DNA from: Octopus bimaculoides
Lineage: Eukaryota
Direction: 5' to 3'
DNA: 64,000 bases
Assembly (NCBI RefSeq): GCF_001194135.2
Contig: NC_068981.1
Location: 178,431,771-178,495,770 of the forward strand
The first letter of the stretch is position 1, and each line of letters opens with the position of its first letter. This document shows, piece after piece, positions 1-11,850 of the stretch. Under the pieces are notes generated by a model that ran no database searches, had not been told where the DNA came from, and saw only the letters and a program-made list of their open reading frames with translations. The translations under genes were made by a program, and so were the position numbers.

Positions 1-177
1 TTGAGGTGCATAGGCTGAGATGACAGTAGCTAATCTATGATGAAGCACTAGTCTGATCTTAAGTACTCTGTCACTTACTCTAACGACCTCGATTACCTTA
101 TCCACCCATTTCTCCGCTAGAAGTATTCCTACGCCCCCGACCCCGTCAGTGTTCCCTGCCCAGAAAATCTTGTACCC
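1..177 (-). mobile_element. RTE-clade LINE, AP-endonuclease domain fragment (continues off the window edge)
   Basis: Minus strand reads without a stop: YKIFWAGNTDGVGGVGILLAEKWVDKVIEVVRVSDRVLKIRLVLHHRLATVISAYAPQ, with the GVG and I/VSAYAPQ motifs of RTE-type APE endonucleases. Confidence 0.8.
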
Positions 178-180
178 GTA

Positions 181-350
181 TATATACATATATACGACAG
201 GCTTCTTTTCAGTTTCCGTCTACCAAATCCACTCCCAAGGCTTTGGTCGGCCCGAGGCTATAGTAGAAGACACTTGCCCAAGGTGCCACGCAGTGGGACT
301 GAACCCGGAACCATGTGGTTGGTAAGCAAGCTACTTACCACACAGCCACT
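181..350 (-). mobile_element. SINE family A, 5' tRNA-like head
   Basis: Reverse complement of AGTGGCTGTGTGGTAAGTAGCTTGCTTACCAACCACATGGTTCCGGGTTCAGTCCCACTGCGTGGCACCTTGGGCAAGTGTCTT; recurs more than 10 times in the window. Confidence 0.8.
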
Positions 351-597
351 TCTTCATTGTTTTTGTAGTGTTATTTTTTTGTTTGTATAATAAGCACATA
401 CTATTTCTAAAAGGTTTTTCTCTATTTTGCCATCAACGATCTCGATTGCAGTTCTGCAGTTATATTTATGGCAAAGACTTGTCAAATTGTTTGATCAGTT
501 TTGCTTAAGCTGATACATTAATATGTATATATTTGTATGAATAAGTGCATTTATATCTAGTTTATTTGACAGTCAGTTGAGAGTCCATGGAACCATT

Positions 598-834
598 TCT
601 TATTTCTTTATTGCCCACAAGGGACTAAACATAGAGGGGACAAACAAGGACAGACAACGGGACTAAGTCGATTACATCGACCCCCAGTGCATAACTTGTA
701 CTTAATTTATCGACCCCAAAAGGATGAAAGGCAAAGTCGACCTCAGCGGAATTTGAACTCAGAACGTTGCAGCAGACGAAATACTGCTAAGCATTTCGCC
801 CGGAGTGCTAACATTTCTGCCAGCTCGCCACCTT
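598..834 (-). mobile_element. SINE family C (GGCGAGCTGGCAGAA head), full length
   Basis: Near-identical to copies at 7881 and 45616; flanked by AACCATT direct repeat. Confidence 0.8.
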
Positions 835-1340
835 AACCATTCGTTAACCATGATACCATTTCTGATTGACAGCTTTGTTTAGAGGTATGAGAAAATGGTG
901 AGACATTGTGCGCATGTGTGTGCACATGCACACACACACACACACACACTAGTAGGACTGCAGCATTTTTAATAGATATTTATTTCGAGTTCTGCATAGC
1001 CACTTTTCAAAACAAATTTTCGAGCTGAAATGTTTTGAAAAGTTGCAGTGTATGCACACATACATTATAATCATCTACATCATTGTTTTAACATCTACTT
1101 TTCCATGTTTGCATGGGTCAGACAGAATTTGTTGAAGCAGATTTTCTATGGCTTATTACCCTCCATGTTATCAGTTCTCACTTGTTTCCAAGCAAGGACT
1201 TGATTTCCTCATGACTAGACATGTTCAGGTAGATAGGAAATGAATGACATTGCTTGTATGACAGTAGCACGAGATGAGACAACAAACACACATTCACACA
1301 CACACACGCACACATACATATATGTGTGTGTGTGTATACA

Positions 1341-1767
1341 TTCTTTTATTCTTTTACTTGTTTCAGTCATTTGATTGCGGCCATGCTAGAGCACCTCTTT
1401 TAGTTGAGCAAATCGACACCAGAACTTATTCTTTGTAAACCTAGTACTTATTCTATTGGTCACTTTTGCTGAACCTCAAAGTTACGGGGATGTAAAGGTA
1501 CCAGCATCGGTTATCAAGCGATGTTGGTGGGGACAAACACAGACACACAAACATATACACACACATACATATATATACATACCTGTGTATATATATATAT
1601 ATATATATACAATGGGCTTCTTTCATTCTCCGTCCACCAAATCCACTCAAGGATTTGTTTGGCCCGAAGCTATAGTAGAAAACACTTGCCCAAAGTGCCA
1701 TGCAGTGGGACTGAACCCAGAACCATGTGGTTGGTAAGCAAGCTACTTACCACACAGCTACTCCTGC
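1341..1767 (-). mobile_element. SINE family A, full length with internal (CA/TA)n microsatellite
   Basis: Head, microsatellite and 3' module ending GACTGAAACAAGTAAAAGA; matches 13560-13966 in reverse. Confidence 0.85.
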
Positions 1768-1769
1768 AT

Positions 1770-1814
<45 letters not shown>

Positions 1815-1842
1815 CACACACACACACACACACATGTATATA

Positions 1843-1998
1843 TGACAGGGTTCTTTCAGTTTCTGTCTGACAAATCCAGCCACAAGGCTTTAGTTGGTTT
1901 AGGGACTATAGAAGACATTTGCCCAAGGTGCTTCACAGTGGGACTGAACCAAAACCATATGATTGGGAAGCAGACTTTTTACCACACTGTCATTCCTG
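1843..1998 (-). mobile_element. SINE family A head, diverged
   Basis: Similarity to 181-350. Confidence 0.7.
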
Positions 1999-2049
1999 CA
2001 TGTAGATATGTACATAATGGAAATAGATATGTATTGTTCTAACTGTAAT

Positions 2050-2515
2050 TGTTGGATGATGAAACTGGAAGATGATTGACGAATAAAAGAAATGGTTTAG
2101 AGAATGCCAGAAGGGGTAACACATGAAGGGTATAAGGGAGCCAAAAAAGGTTGTAAAGAGAACAGGTTCAGAGGAAAATGTTCAAAGATTGTATGGATCC
2201 AGAGGAAGGTCTGGGAGAAGTATTTTTAAGGTTATGAAGGTGTTAGCAAAAAGAGAGATGCACTGTGACAGAATGACCTGCTTGAAGGAAGAAGTGGGAT
2301 AGACTGCTGTGGATCCAGATAGAATTAAGCAAAGGTTGAAGTGATAGTGGAGAGGTTGCTTAATGTGATGAATGAACGGGGTGGCAATGTAGAAACCAAT
2401 CCAGTTCTAGGACTTGTGGAGGAGATGACTGAGAAAGAGGTTGTTGTGGAAGTGACAAGGGTAATGAAGACTGGAAAAGCAGGAAGGCCAACAGAAATTG
2501 GGGGAGAGATGTTAA
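2050..2515 (+). mobile_element. Decayed RTE-type LINE, region just upstream of the RT domain
   Basis: ORF 2341-2583 includes ERLLNVMNE...PVLGLVEEMTEKEVV...MKTGKAGRPTEIGGEML, resembling the RTE pattern ERLLNVENE...MK.GKA.GP..I..EML. Confidence 0.55.
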
Positions 2516-2520
2516 CCCTT

Positions 2521-2666
2521 CATCATCATCATCATCATCGTTTAACGTCCGCTTTCCATGCTAGCATGGGTTGGACGATTTGACTGAGGACTGGTGAACC
2601 AGATGGCTACACCAGGCTCCAATCTGATCTGGCAGAGTTTCTACAGCTAGATGCTCTTCCTAACGC
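2521..2666 (-). mobile_element. Family B (GAT)n-tailed retroposon, short copy
   Basis: (CAT)n followed by CGTTTAACGTCCGCTTTCCATGCTAGCATGGGTTGGACG; many copies in the window. Confidence 0.8.
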
Positions 2667-2959
2667 AAGCCGGGTGGGATAGTCAGCTCAGTTTAGCTGT
2701 TAATGACCTCACCATGCTGCAGATTGTATTGGTGTACATGCTACAAGTAACACTGGTGAGGGATCAGACTTAAATATATATGCGCATGCACACATACACA
2801 CACACTACTACACCACCCCCAGACATCTGTGAAGAAACACATATGCACACACATATACTTAGATATTTATGCATATATATATATATATATATATATTGAA
2901 AAAAAAGTCGTCAGAATTTTGGAATAACTTCTTTCATTTATTTTATACATATATATATA

Positions 2960-3097
2960 CAGCAGGGGTCGCCACCATCCCCTGCCGGAGCCTCGAGCTT
3001 TAGGTGTTTTCGCTCAATAAACACTCACAATGCCCGGTCTGTGAATCGAAACTGCAATCCTAAGACCACGAGTCCGCTGCCCTAACCACTGGGCCAA
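2960..3097 (-). mobile_element. tRNA-derived SINE (family D)
   Basis: Minus strand TGGCCCAGTGGTTAGGGCAGCGG (A-box-like) ... GTTTCGATTC (B-box-like), followed by a non-tRNA body. Confidence 0.6.
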
Positions 3098-4245
3098 AAG
3101 CATGGTTGTGTTTAAAGAAGTTTACTTCAGGATCATGTGGTTAGGGTTTGGTCTTATTGCCTGAACAGCAATACTTTGTGAGTATAATTGGTTGAAGAAA
3201 ATCTGTATGTATGCATGTGTGTGCATATGTGAATTCATATTTTTCTTGTCTTTATGGCTTTGTGGACTGTAAACAAAACAACAGTTTCACTGTTACAAGA
3301 GGTGTCATATACCTGCAGTTAACCACGAAAGTACATCTGGGTTTCTTGACATGTTGCACATCTTTGTAAACAAAAAGGTTCATAACTATGTCTGGGCTGT
3401 GTATTGTTTAGCTGACTAGAGTATCAATACTTTGCTAGGGAACAGGTGTGGGCTGATAACAAGAAGGGCATCAAGTTGTAGAAAATCTACTTCAACAAAT
3501 GCTGATTCATGCAAGCCTGGACATCAAATTGCTGATGACGATAATGTCATCCATCATTATACTCCTCTAATGTCTATTTTTCATGCTGGCTTGGGTTGGA
3601 CTATGAGATGTATATATATATATATATATATATGCGTGTGTGTGTGTGTTCATTTTCAATCTGTTTTTCTATGTGTGCATGGTTATTCGAATGTATTACT
3701 GAGGCATTGTTTTACATCGAAATGCTTTTCCTGTCAATAACCCTCACCTGTTCTTTGAAGCTGCAAAGATAGTGGACCAGTTTTAATTAGGGAAATGACA
3801 AAAAAACATCACCTATTGTAGTTCCCTGATTTTCAGAGAACCACTGCAAATATACACAAACACAGCTGCATGTAAGTACAGATACTCATATACACACATG
3901 CATATATTCACATACATGCACATACTGTAAAGTGGTTGGCATTAGGAAGTACATTCAGCCATAGAAACCATGACAAATCAAACTGGAGTCTGGTGCAGCT
4001 CCCCTGCTTGCCAGCTCTGGTAAAATCGTCCAACCCATACCAGCATGAACAATGGATGTTAAATAATGACAGTGATGATGATACACACACACACACACGC
4101 ACACACAGAAGTGCGTGCACACACATACACACAAAGAATTTCTTTCATTTTTTTATCTACCAAAGAATAGAACAAATGAATTGAAAGGCAAGAGAAAGAG
4201 AACAAAATTTCTATGATACCAAAATAGATGTCTATTCACTTGGCT

Positions 4246-4280
<35 letters not shown>

Positions 4281-4545
4281 GTGGCTTGTATCTTTATACT
4301 GTATACATTAAATAATATTTATCTTTCACTGGATGGAGTATTTTTGTTGATCATACCTTAATGGAACAATATATTATATATATATATATANNNNNNNNNN
4401 NNNNNNNNNNNNNNNNNNNNNNNNNNNNNNNNNNNNNNNNNNNNNNNNNNNNNNNNNNNNNNNNNNNNNNNNNNNNNNNNNNNNNNNNNNNNNNNNNNNN
4501 NNNNNNNNNNNNNNNNNNNNNNNNNNNNNNNNNNNNNNNNNNNNN

Positions 4546-4707
4546 CTGAGTGGTTGGCGTTAGGAAGGGCATCCAGCTGTAGAAACTCTGCCAAATTTAG
4601 ATTGGAGCCTGGTGTTGCCATCCGGTTTCACCAGTCCGCAGTCAAGTCGTCCAACCCATGCTAGCATGGAAAGTGGACGTTAAACGATGATGATGATGAT
4701 GATGATG

Positions 4708-4709
<2 letters not shown>
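4546..4709 (+). mobile_element. Family B retroposon 3' end (5' side lost in N-gap)
   Basis: TGAGTGGTTGGCGTTAGGAAGGGCATCCAGCTG ... GTTAAACGATGATGATG tail. Confidence 0.8.
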
Positions 4710-4736
<27 letters not shown>

Positions 4737-4741
<5 letters not shown>

Positions 4742-5085
4742 TCTGATCAATAAATATCCGGATTGTTGCCATTGTAATGAAGCTAAAGTACGCAGAGTGA
4801 AGCCGCTTGGCACAAATTGACCTTGAGCTCTACTGTGCATGTGCACCAAGTTTTAATATTCTAGCTCACTGGTTGCAGGTCTCCCAGAAGTTTGTCAACA
4901 TAGACATTCTTTGGCCATCTTTGAAACGTCTGAACCACTCGTACATTTGTGTGCAGCTCATACACTCCTCTCCATACACTTTCTCCAACTTTGTGAAGGC
5001 CTCTCAGCAGGTGTTGTCATGACAACTTTCTCTGTCATGGTCAATGCGACGATCACATGCGGCACACCTTCTTTCCCAGCACTGC
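4737..5085. mobile_element. Rearranged mariner-like fragment (5' end on +, transposase N-terminus on -)
   Basis: 4741-4870 matches the reverse complement of 10255-10375; 4871-5060 matches the reverse complement of 9715-9910 (KVYGEECMS..Q.YEWFRRF helix-turn-helix). Confidence 0.65.
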
Positions 5086-5539
5086 TTGTGTATCTGATTG
5101 TTTGTTTGTTTGTAATTGTGCCTATGAAAGTCATTTGCTACAACCGGTGTTGTTGCTTCTACCAATAAATCATCTGTTCATTTCGTGCCTTTGATGACAT
5201 GTAAAAGAAGAGTTTCCCTTACTTGAAAAACAGGTAAAACAATGTCTCACTAAAATATGTCTAACCTGTGCTAGCACAGAAAAAAATACAATTGTAAAAT
5301 GAACAAACAATATCCATATACATAAATACATATTGAAAAGCTCTAGAAGTTTCATGAGTAAATTTGTATTAAAAAACAAAAACAATAAGATGCTTCGAGC
5401 ACGTTCATCATGGTGAAAGAAAGTATAGAAAAATGTAAATATTTTTTTCTTTTGTCCATTATAAAGTTCTCTAGCCATTTCTTTATTTTTTTTTTAACAT
5501 TTGTAGATATTTTTATATACATAGGTAAAAACTGATATA

Positions 5540-6763
5540 CAGGGTGCAATGAAAAAACTGTCGTCTAAACCATGCAGAAATGAAAATAATACTGACATCT
5601 CATTTTAACAGATATCATCATCATCGTTTAACGTCCGCTTTGCATGCTAGCATGGGTTGGACGATTTGACTGAGGACTGGTGAACCAGATGACTACACCA
5701 GGCTCCAATCGGATTTGGCAGAGTTTCTACAGCTGGATGCCCTTCCTAACGCCAACCACTCCGAGAGTGTAGTGGGTGCTTTTACGTGCCACCGGCACGG
5801 AGGCCAGTCAGGTGGTACTGGCAATGGCCATGCTCAAAATGGTGTATTTTATGTGCCACCTGCACAGGAGCCAGTCAAGCGGCACTGGCAACTATCTCGC
5901 TTGAATGTCTTTACACGTGCCACCGGCACAAGTGCCAGGAAAGCGATGCTGGGCACAGGTGCCATTACGATTTCACTTTCGCGACCAAAATTACATAAAA
6001 ATATCTTGAAATATTAGAGAGTAAATTTATTCAATAAAATTGCCATTGGCTTCAACCACGGCCTCCAGACAACATCAGAATCTCCTGCAACACTTCTGGA
6101 TGGTCTCTTTGTTTAAGTTGGTGAATGCTGCCATAATCCTTGCCTTCAGTTCATCTTTGGTGTTACAAAGAGTTTCATTGGTCTGTTGCTCAACTGTGCC
6201 CCACACATAATAATCAAAGTGGTTGCAGTCTGGGGAGTTAGGTGGCCAGTTGTTAGGGGTGATGTGGTTGCAGAAATTGTCTGCCAACCATGACTGGGTT
6301 CTTCTGCTTGCGTGGAATGGTGTTGAGTCCTGTTGCCAGACCCACAGTCTTCCAGCAGCTGCCCTCTTGACCCAAGGCAGCACTACCTTGTCCAGGCACT
6401 TGATATAGGCCTCTATTGAATTTGAGGCCATGTGGGAAGATGAATTGAGGCATTATGTCACCATCACTTTTGATCTTGACTGGACGTTTGATTTTTATCA
6501 CTCTTGGTACGTGTTCTTAGATTGACACCCAAATACTCTGAAATGTTCGTATTGGAGCTTCTAGCACGAATGCCAAGCGGTACAGCATGTTGTTTCCAAA
6601 TTTAAGGCAGAGTAAATTGCGTCATGGTGCTGTTTTTCTCACAGACGATGCCCAACTGGCCCTACTATACAGTGTAGTCGACAACATCAAAAACAAACAA
6701 TGAGCATGTGCAAAATTAAAAATATAAAATGGGGGGGAGCAACAATTTACCCATTGCACCCTG
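5540..6763 (-). mobile_element. Internally deleted maT (DD37D) Tc1/mariner element
   Basis: TA|CAGGGTGCAATG ... CATTGCACCCTG|TA termini. ORF 6075-6431 has QQDSTPFH ... WPPNSPDCNHFDY with 37 residues between the second and third Asp. Interrupted by a family B insert. Confidence 0.85.
5616..5983 (-). mobile_element. Family B retroposon (long copy) inserted into the maT element
   Basis: Absent from the related maT copy at 47230-48102, where the site reads CAGATATATTTACCAAAA. Confidence 0.85.
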
Positions 6764-7166
6764 TATGTACACATAATACATGCATATTTGTAAAATTTCA
6801 CCTATATACAAATACCGGTAAACATGCTATCATACGTATACAAATATACAAGTGTAGAAAAGTGTGTGTGTATATATATATGTATATATGACTCTCTTTT
6901 TATGTGTGTGTGAAATATATACAAATACTTAGGCATATTGCTCACTGACCCATAAATGTACCTATATATGTACATAGTTACTTGAACTGAAAAAACGTGT
7001 GTGCATGTATATATATATGTATATGTGCACACAGACATACACATATGCATATGCTGGCAGATACACAGGAAATATAACTCCATGTGCATATACAGATATA
7101 TATATGTATATATGAGTATAACCTATAGATACATACATATAAAAGCATGTGTGTATCTGTATAAAA

Positions 7167-7290
7167 TAGGTGTGGTTGTGTGGGTAAGGAGTTTGCTTTC
7201 AAAGCAAATGGTCTCAACTTCAGTCCCACTGTGTGGCATCTTGGGCAAGTGTCTGCTACTATAGGTCCAGGCTGACCAAAGCCTTGTGGA
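7167..7290 (+). mobile_element. SINE family A head, truncated
   Basis: GGTGTGGTTGTGTGGGTAAG ... CAGTCCCACTGTGTGGCATCTTGGGCAAGTG. Confidence 0.65.
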
Positions 7291-7880
7291 AACTGAGAGA
7301 AACTAGTTGTTTAAAAACTTATTAATGGCTAAAAGTGACTAAATATTGTGTGAAAGTGTCATATAAAATTCTATCCTTAAAATAATCCATGTTTTTTTTA
7401 AAAAATAAATCACTTTATTTACTCAAGCAACAATAAAAAATTTTAATTATTGATAACCTTATCTAACTATATGCTTCAGTTATTTCATTAAATGAATGTG
7501 TGTTAATACCTTGTTTTGAATAACTGATTAAACTGTCAAACTTAGTTGGTGTTAGTAATTAACTTTGTGCTATAAAGTATTACAAATGAAGCAGTTTCTA
7601 TTTAGAGGGTAGGACAGAGGAGTGATGAAATTGCATTTGATTAGATTGGGTGTATGGCTTTGGTTTCCATATTTAGATATATTTAGGTGGTTGTAATTAG
7701 CTATAGTTTACTTAGAGTTGCTGGTTGTAGAATACAGTATTTTGACATTGTGTTTTTCTTACAATTTGAGATACTTATGGTTAGGGTAGAAATGTCTTTC
7801 TAGGATTTTGAAGAAATGGCTGGCTACAGGTGTACAGAACTAAAGGTTGAAGGGTGGATTGAACCAAATAATCTTTTTCT

Positions 7881-8118
7881 TATTTCTTTATTGCCCACAA
7901 GGGGCTAAACATAGAGGGGACAAACAAGGACAGACAAAGGGATTAAGTTGATTACATTGACCAGTTACGCACCAGTGCGTAACTGGTACTTAATTTATCG
8001 ACCCCGAAAGGATGAAAGGCAAAGTCGACCTCAGCGGAATTTGAACTCAGAACGTAACGGCAGATGAAATACCGCTTAGCATTTCGCCTGTCGTGCTAAC
8101 GTTTCTGCCAGCTCACCA
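7881..8118 (-). mobile_element. SINE family C with 8-bp TSD (CTTTTTCT)
   Basis: Removing it rejoins the Penelope frame (...NRKKIIWFNPP). Confidence 0.85.
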
Positions 8119-8729
8119 CTTTTTCTGTTTTGTTTTTCTTTTTTATTGGTATGATATTATTTGTGTATTGGACTTTTTATCTGTATTTAATATTGTGAAG
8201 TACCTGAAGTACCTGAAGGTGTTGCAGTTTCATTGACTACAGATTCATTGAATGATAAAGTAGAGAGTTTTAACTCTTAAAACCCCTGTACTGCAAGTCA
8301 ATGCAGCTATTGTCAAGTCTGATCTGCATAATTCAGTTAGTTGTTGTCTGGGGGCCATAAATCAGGAACTAAGCACTCTCCTGTTTGAGAAACAATGTTT
8401 AGTCTCACCTTAGAAAAAAACTTACTGTCAAAAGATTTCCTGTTCATACGATGCAGTTTTGGATTTCTTGTTTATTAATGAACCTCTTTATTAATGCTTT
8501 AGCTTTCAAGCATCATTTTTGATATACCTCAAGTGTTGAGTTAGAATTTGGTGATATTATTTATTAATGGTTTATATATTAATGTTTTAAGGGTAACTTA
8601 GAGAATGTGAGCTTGACCTTGGAGAAAATAATCAGAGAGATATTTCAGTATCATCCATATACATCAGTGATCTAAATGATTTTGACTGGAATTTATATCA
8701 GGATTTATCTGTTCTAAGCAGATTTGGGG

Positions 8730-9040
8730 TGTAGTTGATCCCATAGTTGATTCTGGCATCAGTGCTTTCATTAGTGATGTGAACTTTAAAACACCATCGA
8801 ACTTAGAAACAAAGCTCATTGAATATTTTCTTCAACTTTTTCCTGAAGAAATGTTTGTCAGGGTGAATGATGAGACAATATAAGTGTGTTAACACAGCAA
8901 TGCCATCTTCATTACTTCAAAGGAGGAATGAAGGCATATCTTGGAATGATTTTTCTGATGCGCTTTTCAAGTTACTACAACTACTGAAATGCAAATTCAG
9001 TTCTGAGACAAGAAATTGATGTCCAGAAATTGATATTTTG
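8730..9040 (+). mobile_element. piggyBac-like transposase fossil (N-terminal part)
   Basis: Reads KLIEYFLQLFPEEMFVRVNDET, then after a frameshift EE-MKAYLGMIFLM, then MSRN*YF; resembles piggyBac YF.LF....ET / EEMKAFLG...M / MSRNRF motifs. Confidence 0.55.
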
Positions 9041-9704
9041 TAAATATATGTGTGTAATTAGCTAACACATGTCTGTAATTAACTAAAGGATATAATAAAA
9101 GTATCTGTATAGGATCCAAAAGTTCATAGAATATTATAAGTAATGACAGTTGAGTTGGGTAGAGTTAACGTTTTATGGAATAGCTGCGAACATTGGGGGT
9201 AAACATTAATTGTTGTTCATTTGGTGTTTATATCTATTTGTACTGGTTCGAGACATAGAAGGATATTGTAATACATAGGTCAATATGAGTGGAATTAAAG
9301 GAGGGATAAGTCAGAGCAGGTGTGATGGTTATCTAGTGTGTATAGATGTGGTTAGTTGGATAGATGCATTCTATGGATGGGTTATGTGGTTTAAGTGTGA
9401 AATGGTCAGGGTAGTGCAAGAGGGAGTTGTAAGTGAGCATGAGGAAGATGTGAAGTCTTAGTTAGGGGAATGGAGATAATAGATAGAACAGGAGTAGAAA
9501 TAGGAGTGAGATGAGATTAAGTTTGTGGTCGTGTTAAAGCTAGGTGGCAGGATGTTTTTTCTGCTGCTTCTGTTTGTTTTATTGTATTAATTTCTGGGCC
9601 CTTGGATGAGCCGATGGTTGCAATAGGATTTAAGGATTTTGTGCCTGGAGGTAATCACCCTTTTGTATTTTTCGTTGAGTAGTGGTACTTTAGCAAATAG
9701 GATT

Positions 9705-10378
9705 GGAAGGAAGTGTGTAGCGTGTGATTGTTGCATTGACCATGACAGAGAAAGTTGTCATGGCGATACCTGCTCAGCGGCCTATGCAAAGTTGCAGAAA
9801 GTGTATGGAGAGGGGTGTATGAGCTGCATACAAGTGTATGAGTGGTTCAGACGTTTCCAAGTTGACCGAAAAAATGTCTATGTTGACGAACTTCTGGGAG
9901 ACCTGCAACCAGCAGAACTGAGAAAAACATGGCAGATGTGCATGCAGCTTAGTTACAATTCAGTTCAGTCCATTATCACTGAAGATTTGGGTATGAGATG
10001 CATGTCTGCCAAGTTTGTGCCAAAACTGCTTTCAGCTGACCAAAAAGACATTCGGGTTTCAGTTGCACAAGATCACCTTGATTATGTCAAGAACAAGGAA
10101 AACTTTTTGAAAACTTTGCGTAGGCCTCTGAGAAGGCATTGCCAATCTTTTGGCAAAATTTGATGCAGATTCTCTGCTCAACTCTCTTTGTCATGGTCGT
10201 TGTGACGATCACATGCTACACACCTTCCTTCTAAGCATTGCTGTAAACAGTGGAAGTGAGCTAGAACATTAAAATTTGGTGCACATGCACAGTAGAGCTC
10301 AAGGCCAAGCGGCTTCACTCTGTGTGCTTTAGGTTCATTACAATAGCAACAGTTCAGATACTTACTGATTAGACCACA
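9705..10378. mobile_element. Two mariner-like 5' fragments joined in opposite orientation
   Basis: + piece: AYAKLQKVYGEGCMSCIQVYEWFRRF ... MSAKFVPKLLSADQK (ORF 9639-10163). - piece: terminus at 10378 followed by TA, then MTKRVEQRICIKFCQKIGNAFSEAYAK. Confidence 0.75.
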
Positions 10379-10449
10379 TATACATAGTAAGGAAATTTTA
10401 AGTAATAGTAAAAATATTATCTGTTTCTCTTTGCACATAAGAAGTATTA

Positions 10450-11850
10450 ACTTACTAAATATTGACAAAAAGAATCATTGAAATTGTGATAGATTGTTAA
10501 AGAAACCATGGAAGCCATAAGAAAATATAATAAACTTACTAGACAATGCTTCTGAAAGGAAATGACAAGGCATAGTAAATCATTCCTGATAATATCAGTT
10601 TGAATGATTTAGACACTCTTTTCACTTTGTATTGAAATGTTTGCATGTTGCACCATTAACAAGATTAAATGGAAGGCCTAATACAGAATAAATTCCTCCC
10701 TTCTTTGCCAGGAAAGTAGTAAAGCAATTATGGCAGATGAGGTTACTGCAATGTTTCTATCTTTATGAGCATAAATAGAGCAACACCATACAAAAAAGAT
10801 AGCTTTGGACATTGGTAATAAATCACAATAATACTTTAATATGTATTACTTGTTTCATTTCTTGGAAAGCTGCCTGGTGATCTATATTTCATATATCTCT
10901 ATTTTCATAAAAAAAATTTATTCATTGTCTTTAAAACTTCCATGATCTTGAATAATTAATTCATTTTGTATTCCGTTGTTCACATTAGCCATGTTAGGTA
11001 TTGCCGTGGCCAGTTAATTATTCGAAGTAAGCTCACAGTTTTGCTTAGTATGTATGAGAATTCATTAACCCCCTAATAGATTCATTATACCAACTGAAAA
11101 TTGTTTTTCAAATGCTCTAAATAACATCGCAGCTACTGCAATAATGTAACAAAGAGCAAGCAATCTGAAATCTTTGTAGCTGATGTGACATTACAGAAAT
11201 GTGTACACCCTCCATTGTCTGATAGTATTTTCACTCATTCTCTGCCTAGTCCATTTTGACAGCGTATTCTTTGTAATTAGCACAAATGTCTCTATAGCAA
11301 TTCTAATATTTTAAAATGATGTAGCTCCTGAAATATGTTTAATAAAGTTCTTAGATAATAACACTCCCTGTCTGTTGGAGGAAAGAAATACATTTGTATA
11401 AATGAGTGTGTGTTGTATTTTCTGTTAATCTGCATTTTCTTGCTTTTATCATATGTGTAATTTTCTGAGACAATCAGGAGAGCAGATTATATGCTTTGAA
11501 AAATGCAGGGAAATTGAAGATAACTCTCGTCCATAATTAGATTTATTTCTCTCAATAATATGTCCTGTTTGCTTGTCTTTTTTGAAACATGTATTCAAAC
11601 TTTCTAAATTGACCACTACTTGTTCATAGGCAGATATGAACCGTGTAATTTGAACCGAAATATTTCCAACAGTTTTTGATGTTGAAATATACTGGTCATT
11701 GGTATAATTTATCAATTTCATCAGTTTTTCCTGACCTTTATGAATATATTTACTTATATATTTTATTGTTACAACAGTTCTAAATACTTCCAAATTAGTG
11801 AATTATAAATGAGAAGATTATTGTTGTATTAAGGAAAATCAGTTATTCAT
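10450..11850 (-). mobile_element. Helitron Rep/helicase fossil
   Basis: Motifs in the correct order on the minus strand: NLEVFRTVVTIKYISKYIHKG (~11800-11734), NYTNDQYISTS, MYFFPPTDRECYYLRTLL (11393-11340), HISGATSF, IAVTSSAIIALLL (~10752-10715), FTM...EAL (~10590-10550). Confidence 0.7.

Larger units (their letters stand above)
7300..9690 (-). mobile_element. Decayed Penelope-like element (RT C-terminus and GIY-YIG endonuclease), interrupted by younger elements
   Basis: Minus-strand translation gives KIIWFNPPFNL*FCTPVASHFFKILERHFYPNHK (7875 downward), then with frameshifts NTVKILYSTTSN, CNF...PLNRNC and FKTRY. An HPP..IP-like remnant lies near 9200. These match Penelope-type IIWFNPP...HFP..HK..KIFN.NTVKISYS motifs. 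The 8130-9690 part is less certain. Confidence 0.7.

Noticed and set aside
1453-2042. ORFs rich in YI/CV/HT dipeptides here and at 3432, 6802, 13466, 29690 and 57406
   Set aside because: They are translations of (TA)n, (TG)n and (CA)n microsatellites inside SINEs, not genes.
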